From Camelus ferus (taxonomy: Eukaryota): a stretch of 64,000 nucleotides of DNA. Positions 28,064 through 41,858 of this stretch are shown here, in pieces. Location of the stretch: assembly GCF_009834535.1 (NCBI RefSeq), contig NC_045697.1:98024001-98088000 (forward strand), in the 5' to 3' direction. The position numbers and the translations under genes were made by a program. Position 1 is the stretch's first letter. The number at the start of each line of letters is the position of its first letter. The notes beneath the pieces are model-generated. The model made no database searches. It was not told where the DNA came from and was given only the letters and a program-made list of their open reading frames with translations.

Positions 28064-28105
<42 letters not shown>
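28064..28105. repeat. (AC)21 microsatellite
   Basis: read directly. Confidence 0.98.
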
Positions 28106-28107
<2 letters not shown>

Positions 28108-28994
28108 ACATGGGCCATAATCTTCCAATCCAAATACAGTGATTATCATCCACAAAGAACACACCCTTTTGGGTATCTGAAATCTACAGAGAAGACAGCA
28201 GAGGTCCTACTGAGCATGACCCATTTAGACATGGCTCCCTGAAGACATCACAAGGTCCTAAACAACATTCCCTCACTTGAAATCTGACTGCCTGATCCAA
28301 TGAAAACACAGGCCTCTGTGAACCCTGAATTGAGGATAGAGGATAAAATGTCTGACTTGATCTAAGATTATTATATATGAAGATGTCATATGTGAATGTT
28401 TTGAGAAAAAATATAAAAGATTTTTTTAAACCAAGACATTTTAAAGCATGAATTTAGTCCAAATAGGGGACTAAATGGGTCCTAAATAACCAATTTCTTT
28501 TTACAATTTTCATAAATACTGATCAATGTATTTTTTGGAAGCATTACAGTATTCATATAATTGTTTTTCATATTAAAAATTGACCTGGTCTCAGTTAATC
28601 TGTGTATAGCAAGGCAATCTGTGCACCATTTTGGGAGAAGAAGGCTACAGCCAGCAATACAACATAAATAGCATATACATTTGCTACATGTTCTGTAGGA
28701 AAGAAAAAGCCCTTATAAAACCTTTATAAAGCTTATGACTCTTGAATCAAATGTTAGTAACGACAGTAAACAAAATGTCATTTCTACGCAAAAGCAAGGA
28801 GAATGTTAGCTCACAAGGAGCTCAAATATTCTAGAACATCTATTGCATAAGGAAAGAAGGCATATTTATAGGAATAAATAAAGGTGGGCGATTAAAATAA
28901 CTGTAGATGAGTTTTTAAATTTAACTCCACTTTACTTTGGTCATGAATACTAAATATCCACATCCCCAAATCTGCTCTAATGTACAGACAGTTC

Positions 28995-29395
28995 CCTTGT
29001 TGTCCCTAAAATACTTTGGTTATCAACCTATCTCAGGGCCCCTGCATTTGCTATTTCCTCTCTGTGGGATGTTCTTCTCCCTGATAATCAGGAAGGCTCA
29101 CTCCTTCACTTTCTTCAGGCCTTGGCTTAAATACCACCGTGTAAGTGTGTCCTTCAAATATAAAAAAGCAAATTACATTCCATTCCTCCATCCAGCATTT
29201 CTTCTCTCTCTTAGCCTTTCTCCACAGCCCTTATCATCACCTGATAGAGAATATATATACTTTTAAATCTTTTGTTGTCTATATATTATCATAAGAGCAG
29301 GATTATTATCTATTTTAGTCACTGCTATATCCTGAACATCAAAAGCAATGTCCACATGGAGTGATAGCTTAATAAATAAATCTTAAATAAGTAAA
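28995..29395 (+). mobile_element. L2 3' end
   Basis: 'ctcagggccctgcatttgctatttcctct', 'gctcactccttcactttcttcagg', 'gtcactgctatatcctgaac'. Confidence 0.75.
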
Positions 29396-30169
29396 AATAA
29401 CCACAGGGTCAGAAGGAACCCAAATGTTCTCTGATAGCTTCAACATTAATTCATTGCAAAACCACAACTAGAATAACTGCCCCTCAAAATAAAAAGCATT
29501 GTGTTTAAACATAGTAAACACTACTTCTGCACAATCCTTTTATTGAATCTTAACAACTGTATTATTCTAATATCAGGAGGAAAGGATTTTGGGGTTTTTT
29601 TTACGTATCACCAAAAGAAAGCTACTTACAATTTTAATCCCTCTAGCATGCAAACTATAGGAAAACAAAAAGCTTTATGGGCCAAAACTTAATGCAGATG
29701 GAGAAATTAAATAGGAAAATCAACAGACTCTTATAAATATTGAATTTATTTTTCAATTAGAGAAGAATTTAAAAGACTTAAAAGAAAGATCATCTGAATT
29801 ATATGTATGTAGCCCACAAGGATGGCTGAGAATTCTGTTCTAACAGACTTCAACTTCTGAAGTGAAAAATAAACATGTCTAGAAGATAAGAATAATCACT
29901 ATCACCATAGCACTTTCTACGTTTTGGGAGCTCTGCTTGAATTAACCATTATCCTATAACAATTCTGCAGGGTAAGTTTTTCTTTTCCATTTTCATAGAT
30001 TTAAAAAAAAAAAGAGGTACTAGAATTTTGCACTGAATTAATGTTGAAGTGATCAGAGAACATTTCGGTTCCTTCTGACCCTGTGGTTATAATAATTCAT
30101 GTAAGGTGTATTACCTGAGCTATCACTATATGCAGACATTGCTTAGGTACTTAGCAGAGAATAAAATAG

Positions 30170-30912
30170 GTACTGATAAAATAAATGATTGAGTAAATAA
30201 ACAAGGGAAGAAGTGACAAATCTCCCTTTCAGAAGAATTCGGGATAATTTATGTAGATATTTTTCTTTCAAGGATGTGGAGTTTAAGCCCCTCCCTATTC
30301 TTGAGTGTAGGCTCCACTTATGTACTTACTTTCTTCCAAACAGTAGAGTGTGGAAAAGGGAGAGAGGGGAAGAGGAACTTTACAGTGGAAACATCTGGCC
30401 ACGCTTCCTTAGCAAGTGATCAAGGCTAATATCATCAGCAATGTCATGTTGATAGCAAGTGTACTTGACATGATGTGATGAGAACAGCACTTCATCTCTG
30501 TGGTCTTCCTCCCAAAACACATAAGCCTCGTCTAATCATGAGGAAAACCGCAGACAAATCCAAAATGAAGGACAGTGTACAAAACACCTGACAAGTACTA
30601 CTCTAAACTGCCCAGGTCCTCAAAAACAAGGCAAGTCAGAGAAACAGTCCCACACAACTAAGGGGCATGACAACTATATGTAATATGCATCTTGAAACAG
30701 TAAAGGATATTAAGGGAACATTAGTGGAATTCAAATGAAGTGTGGAGATTAGTTGATAATAATGAACTAATGTTGGCCCTTTCATTGTGACAAATGTACT
30801 GTAGTAATATAAAATGTTAACAATAGGGGAAACTGAGGCAGAGGTAGACAGGCATCCACTGTATTAATCTTTAGAACTTTTCTGCAAATCTAAAATTAAA
30901 AGTTTTTAAAAA
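30170..30912 (+). mobile_element. L1MC/L1MD-type 3' UTR
   Basis: 'aactttacagtggaaacatctgg', 'gtgatcaaggctaatatcatcag', 'ctctgtggtcttcctcccaaaacacata', 'aacttttctgcaaatctaaaatt'. Confidence 0.8.
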
Positions 30913-31564
30913 TGTGTATTTCACCCCTTAGATAAAAATGCAAAGAAAACATACCCATTCCCAAGCATATTTACCACACCCCCCAACAACAACAACAATA
31001 AAATTGATGTAAATGAAGTCCAAGACATTCAAACTGGAACCATCATGGAGAGTGGTTTGCCTTGGATAAGAAGGGATGACTTTACTGGTTAGGCATAAGA
31101 GAGAGGCTGAAAGGTATAATTACCTGGATGAAAGATTTTGGTTTTTCTAATTTCAGGGATGGATAAGAGCTTCTAAATTTCAGCTGAGCACTGGAGCAAC
31201 AGGGAAGATTTCCTCCTTATGCATGAGAAAGGGCTCATTAAGAATTTCTGTTACTTAGGATAAAAATCAAGAAGTGGTTACTTTGGAAATATTCAGAGTA
31301 CACTCCAAAAGAGAGGAGCTCTGGGAGCAGTAGATCACAGGTAAACAATTGCTGGAAAGGACTTGAGCATCAGGGGCAGAAAAGCTTGTCTGCTCAGTGG
31401 AATGTGACTCAGTGCTCTGAGGGAAAGATTCCTGACTGAGGGAGATCAAGACCCAAAGGCATCTGGGTCCCATAAATGCCATATGGGCATTGTAGATCTG
31501 AGGTCTATGAGGGCTTATTGTTGTTAATTAAATCTCTCTCTAAAGTCTGTATTAAGAATGCTTG

Positions 31565-32174
31565 ATGACTGGATAAAGAAATGTAGTATATTTATACAAT
31601 GGAATTCTATTCAGCCATAAAAAATGACAACATAATGCCATTTGCAGCAACATGGATGTCCCTGGAGAATGTCATTCTAAGTGAAGTAAGCCATAAAGAG
31701 AAAGAAAAATACCATATGAGATCGCTCATAAGTGGAATCTAAAAGAAAAGAAAAGAAAAGAGAAGAAAAGAAAAAGACAAATGAACATAAATACAAAACA
31801 GAAACAGACTCATAGACATAGAACACAAACTTGTGGTTGCCATTGGGGAAGGGGTATGGGAAAGGACAGACTGGGAGTTCGAAATTTGTAGATACTGACA
31901 GGTATATATAGAATAGATAAACAAGATTATACTGTATAGCACAGGGAAATGTATACAAGATCTTGTGGTAGCTCACAGTAAAAAAAAGTATGTGACAATG
32001 AATATATATATGTTCCTGTATAACTGAAAAATTATGTTCTACACTGGAAATTGATACAACACTGTAAAATGACTGTAAGTCAATAAAGTTTAAAAAAATG
32101 AAATCATGCAACAGAAAAAAAAATTCCCTTAAAGTTAAAAGAAAATGATTAAAGTAATAAACCTAAAAAAAAAA
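31565..32174 (+). mobile_element. young 5'-truncated LINE-1 3' end with extra 3' segment and poly(A)
   Basis: 'gatgactggataaagaa', 'aatgccatttgcagcaacatggatg', 'gaaacagactcatagacataga'. TSD-like aagaatgcttg/aaaaatgtttg. Confidence 0.92.
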
Positions 32175-32185
32175 AAAAATGTTTG

Positions 32186-32457
32186 CCAGACTCACAGACA
32201 TAGAAAACAAATTTATGATTACCAAAGGGGAAGTGGGGAGGGATAAATTAGGAGTTTGGGATTAGCAGATATACACTACTGTATATAAAATAGATAAACA
32301 ACAAAGACCTACTGTAGAGCACCGGGAACTATATTCAATATCTTCTAATAACCTGTGATGGAAAAGAATCTGGAAAAGAATACATATATATATAACTGAA
32401 TAACTTTGCTGAAACTAACACAACATGGTAAATCAATTATACTTCAATTTAAAAAAA
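32186..32457 (+). mobile_element. LINE-1 3' UTR fragment (older cetartiodactyl-type)
   Basis: 'cagactcacagacatagaaaacaaatttatgattaccaaaggggaag...gggataaattaggagtttgggattagcagata...caattatacttcaatttaaaa'. Confidence 0.9.
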
Positions 32458-33619
32458 AAGAATGTTTTCAAGTTGGGATGTATTTTTTCCCATGTAGAAT
32501 AAGCCAGTGAATTTTCATCCTCTCATAATGTAAATTTATAATCTGTGTCACTGAAAACTTGAATGTCAGGAATCAGGTATAATTCTCAATTTAAGAGAAA
32601 CCCAAACAAGGAAATGAGGATTAGAGGAAGCAGCGTCAAGAGAAGTGAACTCAAATTTTGACTTGATTATTTTGTATCTCTTGCCATATCTACACTGATC
32701 AAAGAAGAAATGAGAAAAAAACAATTTTTTCTGAAAGTGAAATGTGTTCTTCTGAAAAGGAACCAAAAGGAAACACACATACTTCAGGCAAAATAAAAAG
32801 TGTATACCTTTCTGTTTCGCTCCGCTCACTTATTGCTCATATGTATGATTGCCTTCCTCTGGTGTAATAATTTATTGCCTATTAATTCACTATTTTGCAG
32901 GCCAACTTTTCTCTCTTTGGCTGCATGGGTGACTCCATTAGTGGTAATGAACTGTGTCGTGGATAATCACACCATCAAGACGCATCTACCTTAAGCCCCA
33001 AAGCTTGAAACCTCAGCATTCAGTCCTGCAAAAAGAAAAAGAGCAATGACCTGCAAAAATGGAGACCTGAAAACCTCTGGAGATATTAAGTTTAAGCTTA
33101 ATAGTGAGTCATTAATAAATAAGATGCAATATAATTATCAATATGAACCACATTTAATAATTAATACCTTGCAAACAAAAGAGAAATTGAAATACCGAGT
33201 GGAATGAGACAGAGGTTATATTCCGTTCCCCTTGAAGATCCTGCTTTGAAGGGGAAATCACAAACTGGTGAAAATTATGAACGAGCCATTTCCCCAAAGC
33301 TCATGCAGTGAGCCACTTAGCAAATGGGATTCTTAACATTCATCCATCTGTGCTCTTACAAGCCTTACCCATGCTTAATTCTAAAAGTACAACTCCTCCC
33401 ATTTAATTACAATTTTTCACCTTTCACTGAAGTATCAAAAGGTTTGGGGAGAAGAGTGTGATTAATAAAAATGAGTGGGGAAAGTAGTTAAATATAGCCT
33501 CTTTCATATGTCATTCCTGTTATCTGGGATTCTTAGGCTGGAATTTGTTGGCAATAACCTCCAGTTTCTGCTGATAATTCAATTTCTGATGACCTATACT
33601 TTGTTGAGTAAGGGAAGGG

Positions 33620-33830
33620 AATAATTACAGAGCCATCACCAATATAGATGGGCCATCACGTTGGTTATCTCATGTAATTCTCTAAACATGCCTCTGAGGT
33701 CAAGCTTGTCAACGTCAATTAACAGACCAGAAATTTCAGGCTAAGAGAGACAGAGCCACTAACCCAAGACTAAACCCAAGTGGATTAGGAATTCAGTTCC
33801 TGATCTTTCTTTCCAACTCCTAAGCCTGTC
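33620..33830 (-). mobile_element. MIR SINE (degenerate)
   Basis: 'ttatctcatgtaattctc...aatttaacagaccagaaatttcaggctaagagag'. Confidence 0.5.
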
Positions 33831-34984
33831 ATTTTAAAATTTATAATGCATCTATAAATATGATATGAAAGTCTTCCTGATACTTTTTAAGTGACCATAT
33901 CCAAAGTAAAGTTGTAGTTATGTAAAATTTTATCAGTACCCCGTAATATTTAGCAGTTTGTCAACAGTTGAAAGAACAAAGAATGATAGCACTTTCCAAG
34001 TCCAAGTCGCTGATTCAGAAGGGAATTCAGTCATTGCCAGCACTGCTGGCCAACTGAGTCTGTGACAAAGGGAGACAAACAAGCTTTCACCATCACTCAT
34101 AAACTTAAGCCATTTCACTAAGCTGTCCCCACTGCACCAGTCACTCAGCTCTACTTGGATGTTGGAGGGAAGGGTTACAATTTCTTTCTATAATCATTAC
34201 CTAGCACAAGCAATCTAACCCTCATCATAAGGTTCACTTTAAGCTAGAATAAAAGCAGAGGTACCTCAGGATGTGTTATAGGATATCCAAAATGTAATAC
34301 ATTTCTTTTCTTCACTCTTTTCTGCTAGAAGACCAGACACTTCCCAGGATCTGAGATTTTCTTGGGAATGGAATGTTAGTTTAGTCATGATCCCACACCT
34401 GTATCATCTATGGTTTCAGTGACCCCAGTCACTTTCTCCCACAGAGCATCTTCCAGGGCATTGTGAACACAGTAGATATTCCATGCTTTTTAAATTGAAT
34501 AAATGAATTAAATTTAAACCTCAGCTTCTGTTTAAAATACTCATAAGATTCTATTCACTTTGCTTAAATCTTACAGTCAAACTTTACTGAAAACAGTTTT
34601 AAGACAATGGTGGTAATAATATTTAAAAAAAATAGTAAAACAAATACTCCTGAATCTGGAACAAGTTTTAATATTTAAACAGCACTAGTAAAAGGACCCA
34701 GTTCTTATTAGAGTCAATGATTTCTCCCTGGCTGATTAGAACAATACAAGGAAGGCTTAGATTTTAGAAATTCCCTTGCCACAAGGATCACACAGGCAGT
34801 TAGCACAGTCTACTATGATCAGAAGGAAAATGAAAGAGAAACAAAATTACCATAGGAAATATGAACTTGGCATAAGCTTGTCAAAAAACAAGTCATCCAT
34901 TCAAACAGAATTAAATTCGGGACCCCTGGATATGCAATCTCTCATAGGAACAGCTGCAAAAGAACACATTCACCCAATTTCAGG

Positions 34985-35730
34985 AAATGTCCTCCCTGCT
35001 CTGTGGTACCTGCCATCTTTCAAAGCTCAGGTCATTGCATTTCCTTCCTCAAGCCATTAGTTCTCCATTTCCCAAATGCTATGAAATGTAGGGTTTTACC
35101 ACACAAATTAACATACAGCACATACAAGTTTATATTACGTTGTGAGGTGGTACACGTATTTTCACGTGTCACTCTTACCTCTGATGTTGATTTTCACGTG
35201 TCACTCTTATCTCTGATATTGAGAAACTGAGCCTCTTGACCGCAGGGATTGCTCCTACATTTCTTCACTGTAGCTAGCAGCGAGCTAGGCGCAAATTACA
35301 CTAAATAAATGCTCATGGGCTGACTTCTGGATGAAAAACAAAGGATCCTCTGGTTTTCTGGGTAATGTTCTGTTTTGGCATGTTTTCATCTTTCATTTTT
35401 TTGTTGGAAGTTCTTTACTTTCTTTTGATTTACTTTCTGAACCATGAGAGGCAAATGTTTTTTCTCTTCCTCTTGATCAATCTAAATTCCACACCTCACT
35501 AAAATCTATCCTTAAACCCTGCCTCTTCCAGGAAGTCCCTCTGATGCCCTGTGTAGCCATCTTTCCTTTAGCAGATGTAATTTAAATAACACTATCATGT
35601 TGGTAAACCCCTATTACTTCATGCTATTCTTCCATGTTTTTTATTGTACATCTGACTTCCCCAAGTAGATAATAAACTCCCTTAGCTCAGGGCCTGTGCC
35701 TTCTACTTTCTTTGTATCCTTCACAAAATA
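34985..35730 (+). mobile_element. two L2 3' fragments
   Basis: 'ctttcaaagctcaggtcattgcatttccttcctc'; 'cctcttccaggaagtccctctga...aaactcccttagctcagggcctgtgcctt'. Confidence 0.55.
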
Positions 35731-37559
35731 AGAACATGAAATCTAAGGAAACGTAGATTGACCTGGTTTCTGATTGATATGCTCTGTCACATTCTGTGGT
35801 CTCTTCTATCCTCAGTTTGTTGATCCACTATACACTTTTTTCCCCAAAAGAGTGATTTTTACTTTATCACATAGCCATACAGGGATTTTATTAATAGCTC
35901 AGACTACTTAATATGTGCCAGACTACTTAATATGTTGTCTTGGATTGCCAATATGGTGTTTTTAAGAAGCTCCCAATTCCTGAAGATTTTAAGGTTTTTT
36001 TGTAAATTTCTTATTTCAGTTTTATTTCTAGTATTTGCCCAGTTTCCTTTTCTAAAAATCAAGTAATCAAATAATGTACTTCCCCCCCATTATAGTCAGA
36101 ATATTTAAATAAATTTAATTCTGTTATGATAATTACAATAAATTAGGCATTCACCATGAGTTAGTATGTCCTCTTTTTTTTGCTCCTTAGGTACACTCAC
36201 TGAATTTATCCTCATGGGTTCTGAAAGTTTTGCCTAGTGAAGTAGCCCTCTTACTAAATCACAGAATCATCAACAAAACACGTATTTTTTAAAAAGTCAC
36301 ATTTTCTCCCATTTTACAAATCTATGGATAAATTATTACACTGAATATGTTTCTATTGTTAAATTAAGTGTATTTGTAGGAAAAGCATAACCTTTTGAAC
36401 TTCCTAAAAATTGTTAAAATTGAGGTAATAATTAAAAGTTTTGTTACTTTGTTTTATCTTAAAGAGGTCTCTAAAAGAAGTACATCAGTCAAAAATATTT
36501 AATATTCATGTATAAAGCAAAGGGATAAAAATAACTGTGAAAAAATAGAGTATGTAACTGTTAGTGGATGTGAATTTTATTGGGACTGATTTATACTTTT
36601 ACCATCATCTGCAGAGAAATATCACTATTTAATATTTTAAGACTGTCAATAAGGAATTTGATAAATATACACACATATATATGTAATTGTCAATTACTTA
36701 ATCTCTACAATTGAACTTTTATTTAAGACCTGATGACAAATAAGCACCTCTTCTAATTGCTTTATAGATTAAAACACTGCATTTTTGACTATCAATATCA
36801 GAGCTTTATAGATTTAAAAGCTTCTCTCCATTGTAATAGTTCTTGCTCTGTAAATAATATATGCTTTCTTCAAAGTAATTGTAACTAAAAAAGTGTGAAG
36901 TTATTTTAAAAATACAGAGGAAATAGGGAATTTTTAAGAATAGAAGATACTAAGAAGAATATTGAAAATAATTAATTATATGTTTCATAATTAACTATAT
37001 AAAATAGACTCGAAGGCTTGAGTTCCTTTTTATTTTTTGAAAATGGAGTCATGTACGTATAGACTGCTGTAATAGGTACACATAAGTCTGCCCACTTCTC
37101 AGTTCCAGCCCAGTCCCCTCTCAATGGTCTCTTCTTCTTTAGTGTCAGCTCTCTAAAGCCCCTTCCTCAACTTCTTATTTCTTAGTTTCTAAATTTACAA
37201 TTAATTCGATAAGAATAATAAATTATGTTGTGGCCAGAAAAGCAATTGAAAGAGGCAAACATCATCAGAATTTAATTTAACAAATTAATGTTCAACTGTC
37301 CTGATGCTAAGCAATGAAACATTCTGCGCATAACAACAGGCTATCTGAATTCAGAGGGTGTCTCTGTAACTTACAAGGATTGCTCCTTACTGCTCCATTC
37401 AAATCTTTCTTTACTGGCACACCTCCCTGTGCATCATAAGTCTATGGTATCTTACGTTTTCTATAATGCTGAGGTGAGATGGAGAAATAAGTAACATTGC
37501 CACAAAGTTCAACCAACAATTTAAAGAGGGACTCTCATTTCCATGTCCCCTGACACAAA

Positions 37560-37865
37560 GCATGCTGTTTTTTATGCCTCAAATTCCTTCCTTTCTGTAG
37601 TCTTCCTTCCCTTCCTCCTACTCCTCCACTGGGACTCAACTAAGGCACCCCTTTTCTTGTTTCTCTGCCTCCATGCTCCTCTGCCCTGATGGTTGGTGGT
37701 CCTAACTACTACTCAGTAATTGCCTGTTTACTTGTTTATCTTTCAAACAATTCTGCCAGCCACACTGAGAGTTCCCTCTAAGTGAGTCCTCTGTTTTTAA
37801 CCTCTATGTCTCTGCTACATACTCATCATGGTACCTAAATTACACATCTGAATGAATGAATAAAT
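37560..37865 (+). mobile_element. L2 3' end
   Basis: 'aattgcctgtttacttgtttatct' and (gaat)n tail. Confidence 0.55.
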
Positions 37866-38959
37866 GGCTGTATTCATGAACAGCTCCCTTCTTCTCACAG
37901 TATAGTCTAGACTGGTAGCCTGATTTCAGACTTGACCCCGTCTCCTTTTTCCTCTTTATCTCCGTAAATTACCTCAAATTGTCTGGTCACTCAAACGGCC
38001 CAGTCATCCAGGACTTATCCTTTCTCACATAGGCTGTATCTTTCTAATCAAAATACTTTCTGTGCTGCATGCAGTGAAAAGCAAGACTAGGCTCAAATGT
38101 TCCTAATTCCATGCTCCCTGAGCACTTTGTTCATAACACTAATATAGCATGAATTACACTGTCCCATAGCTAATAATATATCTGTCCATCTCTCCCATCA
38201 CCCTGACTCTTTAATGAGAAAGAGCTGTTTGGTTTGTCTTTTTACCTTACGAGAGCTTAAGTGATTTGCTCAAGTCTACAAAGCTGGCAAAAAAGCAAAG
38301 GCAAACCCAGATTTTCTGCCTGCAAGTCCAGTGCTCTGAAAATATTTTTCTGAACTTCCTTTCTTCTTTCACACCTGCCCAAGAACTTTATTACTTTTAA
38401 TAATATTAACAATAATACCAAATATGGACACATACATTTTTCTCTTATCTTTTCTTATAAAGTATATGTCTCAATTAATTCCAGAAACCAAAATAAATGT
38501 AGGCGATAAATACAGAAGCTCTTGTTGGGAAGAATTATAAATAGAAAGTCAGACACCAACATATATTCCTAAAGCTATGCAAAATCCTTTTGGTATTATT
38601 TGCCATGATTACACAACTTCCTTTCGGATGTTTCCTACTCCTGAATCATTAGAATTCTGACACATAATGAAGACTAATGAAGGTGGACTAAATTGTTCTA
38701 AATTATTTTAATATCTCTAAATGGAAAAAAAAAAAAAAAACCTTTGAAATGTCCCTATATGAAAACCAGTTTTCCAGGAAAAACTGCAAGTTAAACTCTC
38801 ATGGAGCGCAACTACAACCAGCGAATATCGCGTGTATCTTCTAGCCTGCCTGTAGACCTCTTTCACATTTGCTGACAGAGTTCAAATACTCAACAGAGGG
38901 CTCTAGGGCAGGATGAGGGAGGGAGGGAGGGCTTATTAAATAGGCCAAGGCAGCTTGAA

Positions 38960-39140
38960 ATATGTGCAGACTGAGCACAGGTCTTGGAATTTTGAGGCTT
39001 TCTGAACTGTAATCCTAGCTCAGACACTGATCCCTCCTGCGACCTGGGATAAATGACTCAACCTTTTCCCCTGGGTTTCCAGATCCTCTAAATAGAGATA
39101 ATAATCCTGACCTCAGAAGGCTAGTATATGAATTAAACAT
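38960..39140 (+). mobile_element. MIR SINE
   Basis: 'taatcctagctcagacactga...gacctgggataaatgactcaacctt...gagataataatcctgacctcagaagg'. Confidence 0.6.
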
Positions 39141-39932
39141 CTGACAGGTCTGATCTTAGGGATAGGCAGAATGAAGTTTCAAATTCTTTACAGATATAGT
39201 AACTCTTTCAACTTAAGTTACCCAGAACTATTTCTGCACAAGGGGCAAGAGATGGTTGACTGGGGTATCCAGGTGTCCTGAAAGTGTTGATCTGGCCCCC
39301 AAAGGAAGTCAAAGACATAAATGAAAGATATGTGAGGCTGAAAACGGAAAACAAAAATTAAAACAACAACAAAAAAATACTGACTTCATCCAAAATAATC
39401 ATACTGTTTCTGTCTGTGATAAAAGAATGTTTGAGTTTGAAGATAGTTGGCATTTCTGAGCACTGTCCCTACTAAGCCTTATCAGCATATTTTGTTATTG
39501 ATTTCAACAATTTACAGATATATTCAGTTGGAGAAAAATTCAAATTATAATTGCCAACAGTTCAAGGATAAGACTTCTTGGTATCTGGAGATTTTATCAA
39601 AAGTGCCATTTTAAATTATACAGAACATTAAGATTCTGTCATCTTTGCAATACAACTAAAATTTATAGAATTGAGTCACTTATAGGTAGGTGAGGGGATG
39701 TGCTCTGGAACATCATACATAGTTCCAAATTCACTCGATTGAAGATTAATTTTCCCACGGGAATAAATGTAAACCAGGGGAAATGCATTCTTGGAAAGAC
39801 TAACTTTAAAACCGTTATAATGCATATTTATTTCCATGCTGCTGCCTCTTTTCTCAGCATTATTTTTCTTATCTCACAGAGCCTGCTTTCCTACATTAAC
39901 AACAATACAAAACATGGTGGTTATTTGTCCAC

Positions 39933-40534
39933 TGAATTAGTTACCTATTGCTGAATAACCAATTACCCCAAAACCTGTCGCTTGAAATAACAGTATTTCT
40001 TATCTCACAGTTCCTGTTTGTTAGGAACCTGGGCATGGCTTTGTAGGGTTCTCTAGCTTAAGGTCTTTCATAATCAAGATGCAGTCAAGATGTCAAGAGG
40101 AACTGTAATCATCTCAAGGCTCAGGTGAGAAAGGATCTGCTTCCACCCTCATTTGGACCATGATTGTTGGAAGAATCTAGCTCTGCATGGGCTGTTGGAC
40201 TAAGGGCCTCAGTCCCTCACTAGCTGTTGGCCAGAGGCTACTCTCTATTCCTTACCATATGGGCCTCTGCATATGGAGCTCATAACACAGCAGCTTGTTT
40301 CCCCAAAACAAGTAAACAAGAAGAACTGCGGGGGGGGGGGGGGGGGACAGCAAGACTGAAGTCAGTCTTTTATGACTTAATTTCAGATGTGACATGTATC
40401 TCTTTTGGCATATTCTACTAATTAGAAGTGAGTTGCTAGGTCCAACACACAATCAACAGGAGGAGATTACACATATCCATGAACGCCAGAAAATCGGCAT
40501 CACTGGAGGCCACAATAGAAAGCTACCTGCCACA
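39933..40534 (-). mobile_element. MaLR solo LTR (MLT1F-like)
   Basis: 'attagttacctattgctg', 'ttatctcacagttc', 'tgttggactaagggcctcagt', end 'ctacctgccaca'. Contains a G17 run near 40330. Confidence 0.85.
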
Positions 40535-41858
40535 GACTCCTCTCTACCTTATACTACATCTGATTTCCTTTGCAACATAATTGACATTCAAGAGTGTTTT
40601 TCAGTGTTAGCATAAGCTTTACTACTTAGTAAACACTTGTATGACATTGTTATAAAATGTAAAAGGGTTTTTAAAGTGTCACAGTGAATGAAAACAACAC
40701 CACAAAAGACCCTCACTCAGGGAAGTACAGGAGCCCTGACGTATCACCAAGAGTGCAACTTGCAGGAGACCAATAAGGATGGCAGGGCATCTGTGCAAAG
40801 GATAAAGGGGCATTACTTTGTGACAATAGCATCAACTCAGTTTATGATTCATTCAAATGTGTTTTCAAATAATGGCTCGCAAATAATGCAATTCTTGAAT
40901 ATTTGGGGGGAAGAAAGCTTAAATTTGCATTAGTTCATAATCATAAGTGAGACTTAACATGCCATGTCACACTATTTCAAATTTGTATAAGATGTGACCA
41001 CACTCTATGTCTCTGTGTGTGAATGTGTTTGTAAAGATAAGGCCTATATTTCATAAATGTTCCTATGTGGAATGTTTTTAGAACCTGATCAGTTATTTCA
41101 TTTAGATCATGGTGTTAATTCAAAGTCGTATGCTTAATACTCATGTAAGTTACCTAGTTTTGCAAGAGAAAAAAATTGCTGCTGAAAGTGTTATTCCATC
41201 TCTGTGTTGCTGTGTGTATATGTGTATATGTACATACATGTATATTTATATATGTATTTGTATAACATTTATTTGTGAGTATATAAAGAATGTGTACAGA
41301 TTAGAGGAAAAATGTATTACTGCTCTTATGAAAACAACTCAGGTACATTAGCTACAAAGAGAGAGTCAACATCATGATTTATACATTTCTTCTCAACAGT
41401 AATCATTTGCTTGTAAAGATAATACTTTCTTAAGAACACTTATTCAACTTCTACTCTGATATTGTCAAATACATATTTAATGAGAAATGCTACTTTTAAT
41501 ATGTTTACTGAAAGAGTCCCACTTTAGTTGTGGCAAATACTTTTGCTCACTAGCCACTTCTTTTATACAAATTTCTTCCTTTTTTTATGAAATGTTTTGT
41601 GTTTGTTATTTCCAAGCACATGGTTATTGAGATTATCCCTACTTTAGTAGTCTGAGAGAAGATGTACTACAAAAGACCTCCATTTCTGTGTAATCAAAGA
41701 GAACAGATGGGGAAAAATAGGATTTTTTTCCCTCAAATTTTATGATGAACTAGCTGCTGACTGTGTAGAGAAAGATTTCAGTCCACAAGGATTTCAAAGC
41801 ACCACTTGTGGATCCAAAATGCAGAAGCTCACAGTGAGTCAACAGTTTTAGCTGTTAA

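Noticed and set aside
22535..35221. ~32-bp direct repeats as CRISPR-like arrays
   Set aside because: Only two adjacent copies each, unrelated units, no spacers, no cas genes; mammalian DNA
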